Assembly: GCA_944363255.1 (NCBI GenBank)
Contig: CALVTZ010000001.1
Span: 1 to 36,152 of the forward strand
From: an uncultured Clostridia bacterium
GTDB taxonomy: Bacteria > Bacillota > Clostridia > Christensenellales > Borkfalkiaceae
DNA length: 36,152 bases
Direction: 5' to 3'
Below are positions 1 to 9,266 of this stretch, piece by piece. The notes under the pieces were generated by a model. That model made no database searches, had not been told where the DNA came from, and saw only the letters and a list, made by a program, of their open reading frames with translations. Each line of letters begins with the position of its first letter. Positions within the stretch are counted from its first letter, which is position 1. Both the position numbers and the translations under genes were made by a program.

Positions 1-3000
1 GTTGGCAAGATCCATGATGAGGCGCTCGTCCTCTTTGAGGTCTGCAAGGCGCGTCTCCACTTCCTTCATACGCTCGTACACGTCCTCCGTGTAGACGGTG
101 GGAAGTTCGTAGATGATCGCCTGCAGGTCGCGCACTTCCTTTCTTGCGTTGGCGATGCGCAGCGCCACGATCTGCTTGTAAGAGTCGAGCACGGTGTTGA
201 CCATGTTGTCCCACGCTTCCTGCGTGTAGCCAAAGTCCGTACCGCTCTGCTTGAGCGCGTTGTACGCCGTGACTGCGTTGGAGATGAGCGCCTCGTCTGC
301 CATCGTCACGTTCTCGATGGAGAGCACCTTCTCGGCATAGTCGAGGAAGAGCACGAGGTTGCGCTCGCGCGCCACGTATTCGCTGCGCTCGGCGTCTGCA
401 ACGGCGCCGAAGTACACGAGGTAGACGGTGGAGTCATACCCGTGCAGCTCCTTGTTGGCGGGAAGTACCATCTTGATGGGTTCGTTCTTGCCGAGCAGCG
501 CCTTGAAGTTGTAGTAGGTGAGTTCCAGCCCGAAGAGGTCGAACTGGTTGTGCAGGATCTGGTAGCCGGGATCGGTCTCCTCCAGCCCCTTGACCGCAAG
601 GGCGTTGTTCTCGATGACGCACAGCGGGTAGTAGCGATCGTTGAGCTGGTACATCTCCGCAGCCGACTGCAGCGAAGAGTCGAGCGTGGGTGCGACGGAG
701 GAGCGGAATTCAACGCTCTCCAGATTCTTGTAGCCGTAGAAGGCGAAGCCTGCGATCGTCTTGAGCGAATCGGGGAATACGATGCTCTTGATATTCTCGT
801 TGCCGTTGCCTGCGCCGAAGTCGATGAGTACGGTGCCCTCCTTGACGGTGAGCGTATCCGTCTTCATGCCGCCGGGCACAGCGGAGAGCATGAGCTTGCC
901 GTTTTCCAGCACGGTGTAGAGCACGCCGTTCTCGAGCAGGAGCTTGTCGTTCACCTGCCCGCTCACAGCCTTTTCGCCCGCTGCGTTGAAGTAGGAGAGC
1001 GCCTCCAGCTTGCCGTTGATGTTGAATGCAAGTTCCTCTACGCGCTCGAGCTTGTCACCGAAGGTGAACTGCGTGAGCAAATTGTTGACGAACGCCGCCT
1101 TGCCGATGCTCTTGAGCGCGGGTGCTTCGACCGTGCGCAGCATGGCGTTGGTGAAGGCGTAGTCCCCCACCGTCTCGAGTACGGGGAAGGTAAAGTCGCC
1201 CGAAATACCGCTGCCGTGGAAGGCGTATTCGCCAATGCTCGTCACCTTGGAAAGGTCTGCATAGGCGAGCGAGAGCGTGGAGTAGAAGGCGTAGTCGCCG
1301 ATCTGAGTGACGTTTTCAAGATCGATGTCGTTAAGCGCCTCGCAGCCGAGGAAGGTCTCCAGCCCGATGGACGTGATCGTCGCGGGCAGGGTGACCTTCT
1401 GCAGCGAACCGCACAGCGCGAACACCTGGTTGCCGAAGCTCGTGACGCTGTCGGGAATGGTGACGGCGGTGAGGTTTGCGCAGCCGAGGAAGGCAGCGTC
1501 GCCGATCGTCTCCAACGTATTGGGCAGCGTGATGTGCGTGAACGCAGGGCCGACGCCGTTTTGCAGCGCGCGGGAGAACGCACCCTTGCCGATGGTCACA
1601 ACGTCGGGAACGGTGACGGTGGAGAGCGCAGCGCACTCTGCAAACGCGTAGTCGCCGATCTCGGTCACGCCCGTGAGGTTTGCCTCCGTGAGCGACGTGC
1701 ATCCGAAGAAGGTCTCGTTGCGAATGACGCCGTTCGTCTTGCTCAGATCGATGGTGGCAAGTTTGCTGTCGTATGCGAAGCAGACGGGCCCGAAGGTCAC
1801 GCCGCCCGCTTCGGGCATCGTCACCGTGACAAGGTCAAGGCAGTTTTGGAATGCGCCCAGCCCGAAGGTCGCGTTTGCACCGATGGTGACCTGCGTGAGC
1901 CCGGAGAGGAAGAACGCCCCCTCGCCGTACGTTGCCTCCGCACGAATGGTCGCACTCTTGAGGTTCTTGTTGCGGGCGAAGGCGTAGTCGCCTGCCGAGC
2001 GCACCGCATCCAGCCCCGTGAGGGTGGTGAGCGCGGTGGCCTCCGACTTGTCGGCGTAAGCCTTGAAGTCCTGTCCGTCGAAGGCGTGCGCCCCTACCGT
2101 GACGTTGCCCGTGCCGAAGTTCACTTCGACAAGGTTTTTGCACGCAGCGAAGGCGTAGTCGCCGATCTTGATGTCGCCCCTGAAGGTGAGCTTGGTGATG
2201 TTTGCACCGCTGAATGCGGACGGCGCGATCTCGGTGAAGTTCATGCCGATCGTGTAGTCGCCGTAGTTGTAGGCGGGCGCAGCGAGCGCGATGACCGTGT
2301 TTGCCGATGACGTGAGCGTCAAAAGCGGCGTCTGCGTGCCCGGATTACCGGTTGCGGACTTTGCCGTGTAATAACTGTTGTTGCTGTTTCTCGTATCGAA
2401 GTTGGAGATATTCGTGCCTGCAAGCAGCGAGCCGCTGAGGTTGACGATGCGGGAGTTTTGCTTGAATGCCAGCGTGGTGAGGCTCGTGCAATCGCGGAAG
2501 CAGTTCTCGCCGATGGACATATCGCCGTTGGGCAGCTCGATGTACTCGAGCGCGGTGCAGGCGTAGAACACCTGATTGCCGAAGCTGTTCACGCTTACGT
2601 TGTCGTTATTGCTGCCGAACTCCACCGTGGTGAGCTTGGGGTTCTCGCAGAACGCGCCCTCGCCGATGAGCTTGACGCTGTTGTGGATGGTCACGCTTGC
2701 AAGATCTGCGCACTGTGCAAAGCAGAACGCGGGGATCTCCACTCTCTCGTAAATGTCAACGGAGGTGAGCCCGGACTGTGCGAACATCTCGCGGGAGAGC
2801 TTGCTGTGCTCGTTGAGCTTGACTTCTTTGAGCGCGGTGCAGCCGCGGAAGGCGCGAATGCCCGTGTTGCGCAGCGCGGAGAGGTCGACGTAGGCAAGCG
2901 CCACGCAGTCCTCAAAGCCGCTCTCGCCGATGGCGTAGGTGCGCTTGAGCGCGCCGTCACCCTCCTGGAAGTTGAGGCTGGAGCAGCCCTCGAAGGCGTG

Positions 3001-6000
3001 TGCGCCCACAAGTTCCACCCCGTCGAGGTTGATACTCGTAAGCGACTTGTTGCCGTAGAAGGCGTACTCACGGATGAAGCGCGCCGACTTGGGCAGCACC
3101 ACCCGTTCCAACCCCTCCATGCGGTAGAAGGCATACTTCTGAATGTCCTCTACGCCCTCGGGAATGGTGACCGATTTGATATTTTCGTTGAAGCCGGGCA
3201 CCTTGTTTGCGTCGTAGTCCTCTTCGTCCACGGGAATGGTGTTATCCGTCGTGTACAAGCAGAAGGCGTATGCGCCGATATAGAGGATGCCCTCGTCGTC
3301 GGGAATGACGACGTCGCCGCCCAAGCCCTTGTAGGCTACGAGCATACGATTTTCAATGACGAAGGGATTTTTGACGTTGACGCGCAGCGTCGCACTCAGG
3401 TTGGAACCCTCCACGCGCAGCGTGATGGTCGCCGAGCCCTCGCGCAGCGCAGAGAGCACGCCCTGCTGCGTGACGGAGACGACGTCGGGCGAACCCGAGC
3501 TGTACTCCACCTTCGTGTACCTGTCCGCAACGTACCAGGGCGTCATCTCATAGGAGAGCTGGATGCGCTCGCCGGGGTACATGGAGACCTGGTGTGTGGT
3601 GCTGTTGGTCGTGGAGGAGTACACGGGCAGGGCGGAGATGTACATGGTCGCGCCCGTCGTGCCGATCTCGCTCTGCTGTGCGCCTCTGTCGTGGGCGAAC
3701 AGCGTCTTGAAGTAGGTGAAGCGAATGGATTGCAGTCTGCTGTTCTCGATGTCCTCTACGTCATTCTGCGAGAAGGGCGAAGCGGAGAAGGTGGCAGGCT
3801 CTGCGAGCGTTGCCGTGTCACGCGCTACGACGGTGACGCGGATGGTCGCACTTTTCAGCTCCGTCATGTAGTCCTGAACCTTGACCGTGGTGTTGCCCTT
3901 GCGCACACCGAGCACCTGGCCTTCCTTGACCAGCGCATAGCGCTCGTTTCCGACCGACCAATTCAGGTGCTTGAGGTAGTCCTTATCTGCGTCCACCGTG
4001 CTGTCGCTCGTGTACAGGTACTGCGTGAGGTCGACGATCTCGCCCTCGCGCACGGTGATCGACTTGAGCTCTTCGCTGTCTGCCGTGCCGTCCTGCGTGA
4101 ACTTGAAGTCGCCGCGGGTGCCGGGCAGCTCACACACGAAGATATTCTGGTTGAGTGCGTAGTCCTCCACCGCAAAGCCGATGGCGCTGGGAATGAGCTG
4201 ATCGTACTTGAGGTCGTTGAGGTAGTTCGTGATCTCGATGCGCACCTTGTTGTCCGTACCCTTTTCGCTGTAAACGGGAATGGGATTCTCGGAGAGGAAG
4301 GCATAGGAGGATTCGGACGTGAACGCAATGGGCGTGAGCGCCATGACGTACTGGTTATCGTACAGGGTGAGGTTGATATAGTAGCGATCCTTCTTGAGCG
4401 TGCGGTCGTACTCCTTCTCGTACGTTGCGCTCTTGATGATGGGCGCCTCGTCGTCGAGGACGAAGTTGAAGGAGAAGGTGTTGCGCGCGTTGGTGTCAAG
4501 CCCGGTGCGTTCGTAGTCGAGCTCGCCCACCATCTTGAACTCGTAGGAGCGGTTGTTGATGAGCCCCTGCTGCGCGCTCTTCATATCCAGCTGCTCGAAG
4601 TAAGGAATGGGGCCGCCGCCCTGGGAGTGCGCCTTGCGCGCGTCCCAAGCAATCTTTTCCCACATGACCTGCCCCGTCACGCTGTCCGTGATGGTGAAGG
4701 TCATCTTCTTTGCGTTGCGCAGAAGTCCCGCGTACACGACGGAGATGCCATCGATGTTGCCCAGCGAATTGGAGATCGCCGCGTGTTCCTGCGTGGCAGG
4801 GATGGGATCGTACGCCGAGGTGTCCATATCATACAGATAGGAGCCGAGCGGGATGATATAGTTGTAGAAGTAGGAGCCGTAAGGCGTGGTCGCGTAGTAG
4901 TCCGCCTTGAGCTTGTCCTCTTCGTCGATGGAGCCGTCGTGTGCCTCCGTCTCCACTTCGTAATACGTCTTATCGAAGAGGGGCGCCTGCGTCCAGTCGC
5001 CGTAGTAGGCAAGGAAGGGAATGTTGAGGTCGATCTCGCCCTGCGCCTTCGCCTTGAGCTTGACGAAGCCCTCTACGTACATACCGTAGGGGAAGAGGTC
5101 GTCGATGAGCTTCTTGTCTGCGTCGGTGAGCGTGTAGGTGACGGTGATCTTCGCCGTCATGTTGGGGGAAACGGTGACGACGCCGTTTGCATACGTTGCG
5201 CCCTCCCCTACCTGTACGGCGTGCGTGCCGCCCAGGATCTGCCCCATCTCTGCAATGCGCTCTTCATCTGCGGTGGAGACGGTCTCCGTCATGCCCACAA
5301 CGGACAGGTCGTATTCGAGCGTCTCTGCGGACATATTCACGACGTTGAAGGACATCGTGTACACGCCCTGGCGCTTGGGATCGTCCTTGAGTTCGAGCTT
5401 GGTGCGGTCGATGCCGTCCACCGTGAGGTATGCCTTGGAGTTTACCACCTTTTCGAGGCTGGCAAGCCCTGCGCCCTGCTTACGGGGCGAGTACGGGTTG
5501 CCCTCTTCGTTGAGCACGATGGTCGCCGTGGACATCATGAGCTGGTTCGCCATGACGGAGATCTCTTTCCACGTTGCCTCGGGGAACTTTTCGCGCAGGT
5601 ATTGACGGATGAGCACGACGATGCCGCAGAGGTTGGGCGTCGCCATGGAGGTGCCGCTCATCTCATCGTATGCGGGATTGCCGTCCCCGTCCACACCGTC
5701 GACTGCGGAGCGGATGGTGCCGCCGTGCGCCGTGATCTCGGGCTTGAGCTCAAGCGAGGGCGTGGGGCCCCAGCTGGAGAAGTCGCTCATGAAGGGGCCT
5801 GCCTGATTCTGGTAGGAGACTTCGAGCGTACCCGTTGCCTGCTGCGCAAGAATGGTGCCCACGCTGCGCGAGAGCGAAGCGGTGGGAATGTGGTCGGATT
5901 TGCCCATGGACATGAGGATATCGCCGTCCACGTTGTTGTAGATGAGGCAGCCGATCGCGCCGTTTGCCTGCGCGAGCTGCGACTTCTCTTCGAAGGTGTT

Positions 6001-7566
6001 GTCGCCGCGGCGCACGAGGGCGATCTTGCCCTTTACCGCGCCCTCAGGCAGGGAGAGGTAACTTCCGCGCACGCCCGAACCGGGAATGGTGATATATTCC
6101 ACCACGTGCTTCTCGGAAGAGTTGATATCCCAACCCTGCGACTCGTACAGTTCCTTAAAGAAATCGTTCTCGTCGCCCGTGATGTCGTTGGATTCGTTGA
6201 AGAACACGACCTCTTCGTTGTTGGCAACGAAGTACTTGCTCTTGACGCCGCTGATGGAGGCGACGGAGAGCGAAGCCGTGTAGGTGGAGGGCGAGCCTAC
6301 CGTGCCCAGATCGGGGTTGGTGACGAGGTTGGTGTTGCCCTGATCGCCGCCGAAGCCGGAGTTGTAGGAGTTGCTCGCCGCCGTGATGAGGCTGATCCCG
6401 CTTTGATCGATGCGGTCGTACACTTCGTTGAGGAAGTCGTCGTCCCCTTCGCGGGAGAAGCCGCAGTCGGAGCCGAGGGACATATTGATGGCGTCTACGC
6501 CCAGCGCGACCGCGTCCTCAAGCCCTGCAAGGATGTCGTCCGTATCTGCGCCGTCGCGTGCGTCGGGGAACACCTTGAGCAGCACGAGCTGCGTATCCAC
6601 CGCAACGCCCGTGATCTCGCTGTCCTTGCCGCCGATGATGCCCGCAACGTGCGTGCCGTGCACGTTTCCGTTGGAGGACACGTCGTAGTCCTTATCGGCA
6701 TAGTCGTACTTGAAGGGGATCTTGTCGCTGTAATGCACGTTGTCGTACGTGAGCCCGGGCGTGAAGCCTGCCGCGCGCGAGTCGGGGAGCATCTCCTCCA
6801 CCTTATCCCGCGTGATGAGCAGGTCACTCCCCTCAATGGGCGTTTGGAATACGGAGTGCGAAACGTCGAAGCAGGAGTCGAGAATGGCGACCGCCGTACC
6901 CTTCCCCGTGTAGGAAACGGAGCTCGAATCGAAGATCCCCGTGGGGTATACGTTGACGTCGTTGACGATGGCGGAGGCGTCCGTCGCCTTGCCCTGCACC
7001 TGCACCGCCTGGGGACGGTTGAACGTCTCCGCAAGGTATGCCTGCTGCGCTCTGCCGATGCCGCCCAGCTGCTTGAAGCTACCGTATGTCGTCTTGACTG
7101 CAACGGCGTTGGTGATGAGCGTGTAGTTGTATTCTACGCTGTCGATGAGCCCTGCATAGCGATACTCCTTGATGAGGTCGTTCTGCATGGACTTGAGGCG
7201 GCTTGCCTGCTGGCGCCCCGCGGGAGACTGCGCGTACTCTGCAACGGAGGCGTATTCGCTGTCCAGCCCGTTGCTGAGATAGGTCTCGGAGAGCGATTCC
7301 TCGTCTAGCGTGATGATGGCAACGACTTCGTCGCCGTCCGAATATCCGCCGTTCTTTTTGAGGTATTCCGCCTTGAGACGGGAGAGCATATCGTCCTGAG
7401 AGATCTTCATGTCGCTCTTGACGACTTTGAGCTGCTGAGAGGAGAGCGGTGCGTCCGTTTGAGGGCGATCCACCGTGTTTTCGCCGCGCTGGGGCTGAAC
7501 CGCACAGCCGGCGCAGAAGCATGCCATGACCGCAGCAAGTGCGATCGCAAGAATGGGTTTACGCAT
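1..7566 (-). CDS. Giant surface subtilisin-like (peptidase S8) probable lipoprotein with a PA-domain insert, a beta-rich middle region and a long BspA-type leucine-rich-repeat C-terminal region. Partial: the C-terminus lies beyond position 1 (>2521 aa inside the window).
   Basis: Own translation of the minus frame from ATG 7566-7564 (SD AAAGGAG at 7571-7577) gives MRKPILAIALAAVMACFCAGCAVQ..., a signal peptide with a lipobox-like Cys. S8 triad motifs are AILDSCFD (Asp codon 6877-6879), HGTHVAGIIGG (His 6658-6660) and SGTSMATPNLCG (Ser 5647-5649). A PA-like stretch, GKIALVRRGDNTFEEKSQLAQANGAIGCLIYNN, lies between His and Ser. The ORF is absent from the track because this frame has no stop before position 1. 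Every listed minus ORF between 306 and 7522 is in one of the other two frames. Spot translations at 1-300, 2281-2460 and 4381-4500 are stop-free and protein-like. Confidence 0.9.
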   Translation of the reverse strand, partial: MRKPILAIALAAVMACFCAGCAVQPQRGENTVDRPQTDAPLSSQQLKVVKSDMKISQDDMLSRLKAEYLKKNGGYSDGDEVVAIITLDEESLSETYLSNGLDSEYASVAEYAQSPAGRQQASRLKSMQNDLIKEYRYAGLIDSVEYNYTLITNAVAVKTTYGSFKQLGGIGRAQQAYLAETFNRPQAVQVQGKATDASAIVNDVNVYPTGIFDSSSVSYTGKGTAVAILDSCFDVSHSVFQTPIEGSDLLITRDKVEEMLPDSRAAGFTPGLTYDNVHYSDKIPFKYDYADKDYDVSSNGNVHGTHVAGIIGGKDSEITGVAVDTQLVLLKVFPDARDGADTDDILAGLEDAVALGVDAINMSLGSDCGFSREGDDDFLNEVYDRIDQSGISLITAASNSYNSGFGGDQGNTNLVTNPDLGTVGSPSTYTASLSVASISGVKSKYFVANNEEVVFFNESNDITGDENDFFKELYESQGWDINSSEKHVVEYITIPGSGVRGSYLSLPEGAVKGKIALVRRGDNTFEEKSQLAQANGAIGCLIYNNVDGDILMSMGKSDHIPTASLSRSVGTILAQQATGTLEVSYQNQAGPFMSDFSSWGPTPSLELKPEITAHGGTIRSAVDGVDGDGNPAYDEMSGTSMATPNLCGIVVLIRQYLREKFPEATWKEISVMANQLMMSTATIVLNEEGNPYSPRKQGAGLASLEKVVNSKAYLTVDGIDRTKLELKDDPKRQGVYTMSFNVVNMSAETLEYDLSVVGMTETVSTADEERIAEMGQILGGTHAVQVGEGATYANGVVTVSPNMTAKITVTYTLTDADKKLIDDLFPYGMYVEGFVKLKAKAQGEIDLNIPFLAYYGDWTQAPLFDKTYYEVETEAHDGSIDEEDKLKADYYATTPYGSYFYNYIIPLGSYLYDMDTSAYDPIPATQEHAAISNSLGNIDGISVVYAGLLRNAKKMTFTITDSVTGQVMWEKIAWDARKAHSQGGGPIPYFEQLDMKSAQQGLINNRSYEFKMVGELDYERTGLDTNARNTFSFNFVLDDEAPIIKSATYEKEYDRTLKKDRYYINLTLYDNQYVMALTPIAFTSESSYAFLSENPIPVYSEKGTDNKVRIEITNYLNDLKYDQLIPSAIGFAVEDYALNQNIFVCELPGTRGDFKFTQDGTADSEELKSITVREGEIVDLTQYLYTSDSTVDADKDYLKHLNWSVGNERYALVKEGQVLGVRKGNTTVKVQDYMTELKSATIRVTVVARDTATLAEPATFSASPFSQNDVEDIENSRLQSIRFTYFKTLFAHDRGAQQSEIGTTGATMYISALPVYSSTTNSTTHQVSMYPGERIQLSYEMTPWYVADRYTKVEYSSGSPDVVSVTQQGVLSALREGSATITLRVEGSNLSATLRVNVKNPFVIENRMLVAYKGLGGDVVIPDDEGILYIGAYAFCLYTTDNTIPVDEEDYDANKVPGFNENIKSVTIPEGVEDIQKYAFYRMEGLERVVLPKSARFIREYAFYGNKSLTSINLDGVELVGAHAFEGCSSLNFQEGDGALKRTYAIGESGFEDCVALAYVDLSALRNTGIRAFRGCTALKEVKLNEHSKLSREMFAQSGLTSVDIYERVEIPAFCFAQCADLASVTIHNSVKLIGEGAFCENPKLTTVEFGSNNDNVSVNSFGNQVFYACTALEYIELPNGDMSIGENCFRDCTSLTTLAFKQNSRIVNLSGSLLAGTNISNFDTRNSNNSYYTAKSATGNPGTQTPLLTLTSSANTVIALAAPAYNYGDYTIGMNFTEIAPSAFSGANITKLTFRGDIKIGDYAFAACKNLVEVNFGTGNVTVGAHAFDGQDFKAYADKSEATALTTLTGLDAVRSAGDYAFARNKNLKSATIRAEATYGEGAFFLSGLTQVTIGANATFGLGAFQNCLDLVTVTMPEAGGVTFGPVCFAYDSKLATIDLSKTNGVIRNETFFGCTSLTEANLTGVTEIGDYAFAECAALSTVTVPDVVTIGKGAFSRALQNGVGPAFTHITLPNTLETIGDAAFLGCANLTAVTIPDSVTSFGNQVFALCGSLQKVTLPATITSIGLETFLGCEALNDIDLENVTQIGDYAFYSTLSLAYADLSKVTSIGEYAFHGSGISGDFTFPVLETVGDYAFTNAMLRTVEAPALKSIGKAAFVNNLLTQFTFGDKLERVEELAFNINGKLEALSYFNAAGEKAVSGQVNDKLLLENGVLYTVLENGKLMLSAVPGGMKTDTLTVKEGTVLIDFGAGNGNENIKSIVFPDSLKTIAGFAFYGYKNLESVEFRSSVAPTLDSSLQSAAEMYQLNDRYYPLCVIENNALAVKGLEETDPGYQILHNQFDLFGLELTYYNFKALLGKNEPIKMVLPANKELHGYDSTVYLVYFGAVADAERSEYVARERNLVLFLDYAEKVLSIENVTMADEALISNAVTAYNALKQSGTDFGYTQEAWDNMVNTVLDSYKQIVALRIANARKEVRDLQAIIYELPTVYTEDVYERMKEVETRLADLKEDERLIMDLAN
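715..3175 (-). repeat. Coding array of BspA-type leucine-rich repeats (LRR_5-like, about 23-25 aa units) within the giant protease gene, split by a non-repeat spacer around 2290-2400
   Basis: Own translation shows reiterated AFxxCxxLxx(V/I)x(L/I)Pxx(V/L)xxIGxxAF units. Examples are PAFTHITLPNTLETIGDAAFLGC (about 1480-1550), VTIPDSVTSFGNQVFALCGSL and KSIVFPDSLKTIAGFAFYGYKNLESVEF (about 720-800). The nucleotide periodicity also shows in the repetitive antisense ORF 442..2310. Confidence 0.8.
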
Positions 7567-7575
7567 AATACTCCT

Positions 7576-7746
7576 TTATTTTAACCAAACGTATATGAGC
7601 AGGCCTGCTACGATAAAACAGGCGATGATGAGCAGCACGCGGGGCATATACACCGAGAGCGCCGCTCGAATGGCTGCACGCCTCTCTTTGCGCGTGAGCC
7701 CCACCTTGTCCTTTTTTTTCACGGCGTACGGATCAAGGTTCTCCAT
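7576..7746 (-). CDS. Possible small tail-anchored membrane protein (56 aa from the ATG), or a frameshifted C-terminal membrane anchor of the upstream ATPase
   Basis: The C-terminal part of track ORF 7576..8238 reads MENLDPYAVKKKDKVGLTRKERRAAIRAALSVYMPRVLLIIACFIVAGLLIYVWLK, a basic segment followed by one clear TM helix. Its stop overlaps the SD of the protease gene. There is no convincing SD before ATG 7746-7744, and the frame stays open upstream across the ATPase stop codon. Confidence 0.35.
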   Translation of the reverse strand: MENLDPYAVKKKDKVGLTRKERRAAIRAALSVYMPRVLLIIACFIVAGLLIYVWLK

Positions 7747-7801
7747 ACTGTACACCGTGTGTCCGTCGTCAACGAACTTCGCTTTCTTCTTTTTCTTCGG
7801 C

Positions 7802-9265
7802 TTAGTCGTCGTAGGGCATTTTTCCTGCGGCAACTGTGTCAAATGCGTCTGCTGCGGGCTTTTCTGCAGGCTGTTCTCCTGCGGCGCGCTCGTCAGGCTT
7901 GACTGCTGCGGGCTCGTCATCGTCGTAGGGCATTCTTCCTGCGGCGACTGCTGCGGGCTCGTCTGCTGCAAGCTCGTCGGCAGGCTGTTCTCCTGCGCCG
8001 TCTGCTGCAAGCTCGTCTGCTGCGCCGCGCTTTCTTGTGAACAGTCCCTTGCACTTGGCTCCTGCTTTTGCAAGTCCGTGCTTACAGCTTGCGAAGGCTG
8101 CGATGATCTTTTGTTTTGCATTCTTTTTCGCCTTTGCCTCCTCTTCCATGCGAAGCCGCGCCTCTTCGAGGTCCGCAAACTCTGCATCGTATTCGTCAAG
8201 ATGCGCCATGACCTCTTCGTCATAGAGATGGCAGGCAACGTGGTGCCCGGGCGCCGCCTCGATGTAGGCAGGCTCTTTGAACTTACACACGTTCATGCAC
8301 TGCGCGCAGCGGGTGTGGAATTTGCAGCCCTTGGGCGGGTTTGCGGGCGAGGGAATGTCGCCCTCCAGAATGATGCGGTTCATCTTCACGTCCGGGTTGG
8401 GAACGGGGACGGCGGAGAAGAGCGCCTTGGTATAGGGATGCAGCGGGTTGGAGAAGATCTCGTCCGTTTCGCCCAGCTCCATCACGTTGCCAAGATACAT
8501 GACGAGGATCTGCTCGGTAATGTACTTGACGACGGAAAGGTCGTGCGAGATGAACACATAGGTGAGCCCGATGTTGTTCTGCAAGTCCTTCAACAGGTTG
8601 ATGATCTGTGCCTGAATGGATACGTCAAGTGCGGAGACGGGCTCATCGCAGATGACGAGTTTGGGCTGCACCGCGAGCGCGCGGGCAATACAGATCCTCT
8701 GGCGCTGTCCGCCCGAGAACTCGTGGGGATAGCGGTCGTAGTACTGCGGAGGAAGTCCGCACTTTTGCATGATGTCGAGCACGTAGTTGTACACTTCCTT
8801 CTTGGGAACGATCTTGTGCACGCGTACGGGCTCTGCGATGATGCTTCCCACCGTCATACGGGGGGGAAGGCTGGAGTAGGGATCCTGGAAGATGAGCTGA
8901 ATATCCGTGCGATATTTGCGCATCTGCTTCTTCTTGAGCTTGGTGAGCTCCTCCCCTTCGAAGAGGATGGAGCCGCCGTTTGCCTCGTACAGTTTGAGAA
9001 TGGTCCTGCCCAGCGTCGTCTTGCCGCAGCCCGATTCCCCCACGACGCCGATGGTCGTGCCCCGCTTGACCGCAAAACTCACATCGTCTACCGCTTTGAG
9101 GTTGACGATGGGCTTGCCGAGCAAGTTCTTCTTGATGGGGAAGTACATCTTGAGGTGATCGACTTTGAGAATGGTGTCGTCCTGCACTTCCGCTTCAAGG
9201 GGAACGTCGGAGAACATATTCGGGTCATTTGCGACCGTTTTCATGTCTTCGTTCAACTCTTCCAT
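7802..9265 (-). CDS. Opp/Dpp-type peptide ABC transporter ATP-binding protein (OppF-like) with a roughly 150-aa low-complexity C-terminal extension
   Basis: Walker A GESGCGKTT, signature FSGGQRQRICIARAL, Walker B LVICDEPVSALD, and the oligopeptide C-terminal motif NPLHPYTKAL...CKFHTRC. Start placed at ATG 9265-9263 (SD AAGGAA 7 nt upstream, 1 nt after the OppD-like stop). The track start 9286 has no SD. Confidence 0.9.
   Translation of the reverse strand: MEELNEDMKTVANDPNMFSDVPLEAEVQDDTILKVDHLKMYFPIKKNLLGKPIVNLKAVDDVSFAVKRGTTIGVVGESGCGKTTLGRTILKLYEANGGSILFEGEELTKLKKKQMRKYRTDIQLIFQDPYSSLPPRMTVGSIIAEPVRVHKIVPKKEVYNYVLDIMQKCGLPPQYYDRYPHEFSGGQRQRICIARALAVQPKLVICDEPVSALDVSIQAQIINLLKDLQNNIGLTYVFISHDLSVVKYITEQILVMYLGNVMELGETDEIFSNPLHPYTKALFSAVPVPNPDVKMNRIILEGDIPSPANPPKGCKFHTRCAQCMNVCKFKEPAYIEAAPGHHVACHLYDEEVMAHLDEYDAEFADLEEARLRMEEEAKAKKNAKQKIIAAFASCKHGLAKAGAKCKGLFTRKRGAADELAADGAGEQPADELAADEPAAVAAGRMPYDDDEPAAVKPDERAAGEQPAEKPAADAFDTVAAGKMPYDD
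7805..8020 (-). repeat. Imperfect tandem duplication (about 113-bp unit plus shorter internal repeats) encoding the Ala/Pro/Asp/Glu-rich tail of the OppF-like protein
   Basis: gtcgtcgtagggcatttttcctgcggcaactg (7805-7836) matches atcgtcgtagggcattcttcctgcggcgactg (7918-7949). caggctgttctcctgcg occurs at 7867 and 7981, and tctgctgcaagctcgtc at 7961 and 8001. At protein level this gives AAG(R/K)MPYDD twice and AAGEQPA(D/E) twice. Confidence 0.8.
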
Positions 9266-9266
9266 G

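Noticed and set aside
442-7308. Very long plus-strand ORFs 442..2310 (622 aa) and 2458..7308 (1616 aa)
   Set aside because: Their translations are Arg/Gly/Val/Glu/His-rich with no motifs and no SD. They are antisense shadows of the minus-strand S8/LRR gene, whose frame shows textbook protease and LRR motifs.
7805-8020. Tandem repeats at 7805-8020 as a noncoding or CRISPR-like element
   Set aside because: They lie inside a continuous reading frame and translate to a duplicated peptide module of the OppF-like tail.
7747-8238. The upstream 164 codons of track ORF 7576..8238 (Gln/Ser/Thr/Pro-rich)
   Set aside because: This part overlaps the OppF-like tail in another frame, has low-complexity shadow composition and no start signals. 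Only the last ~56-75 codons (basic segment plus TM helix) look protein-like.
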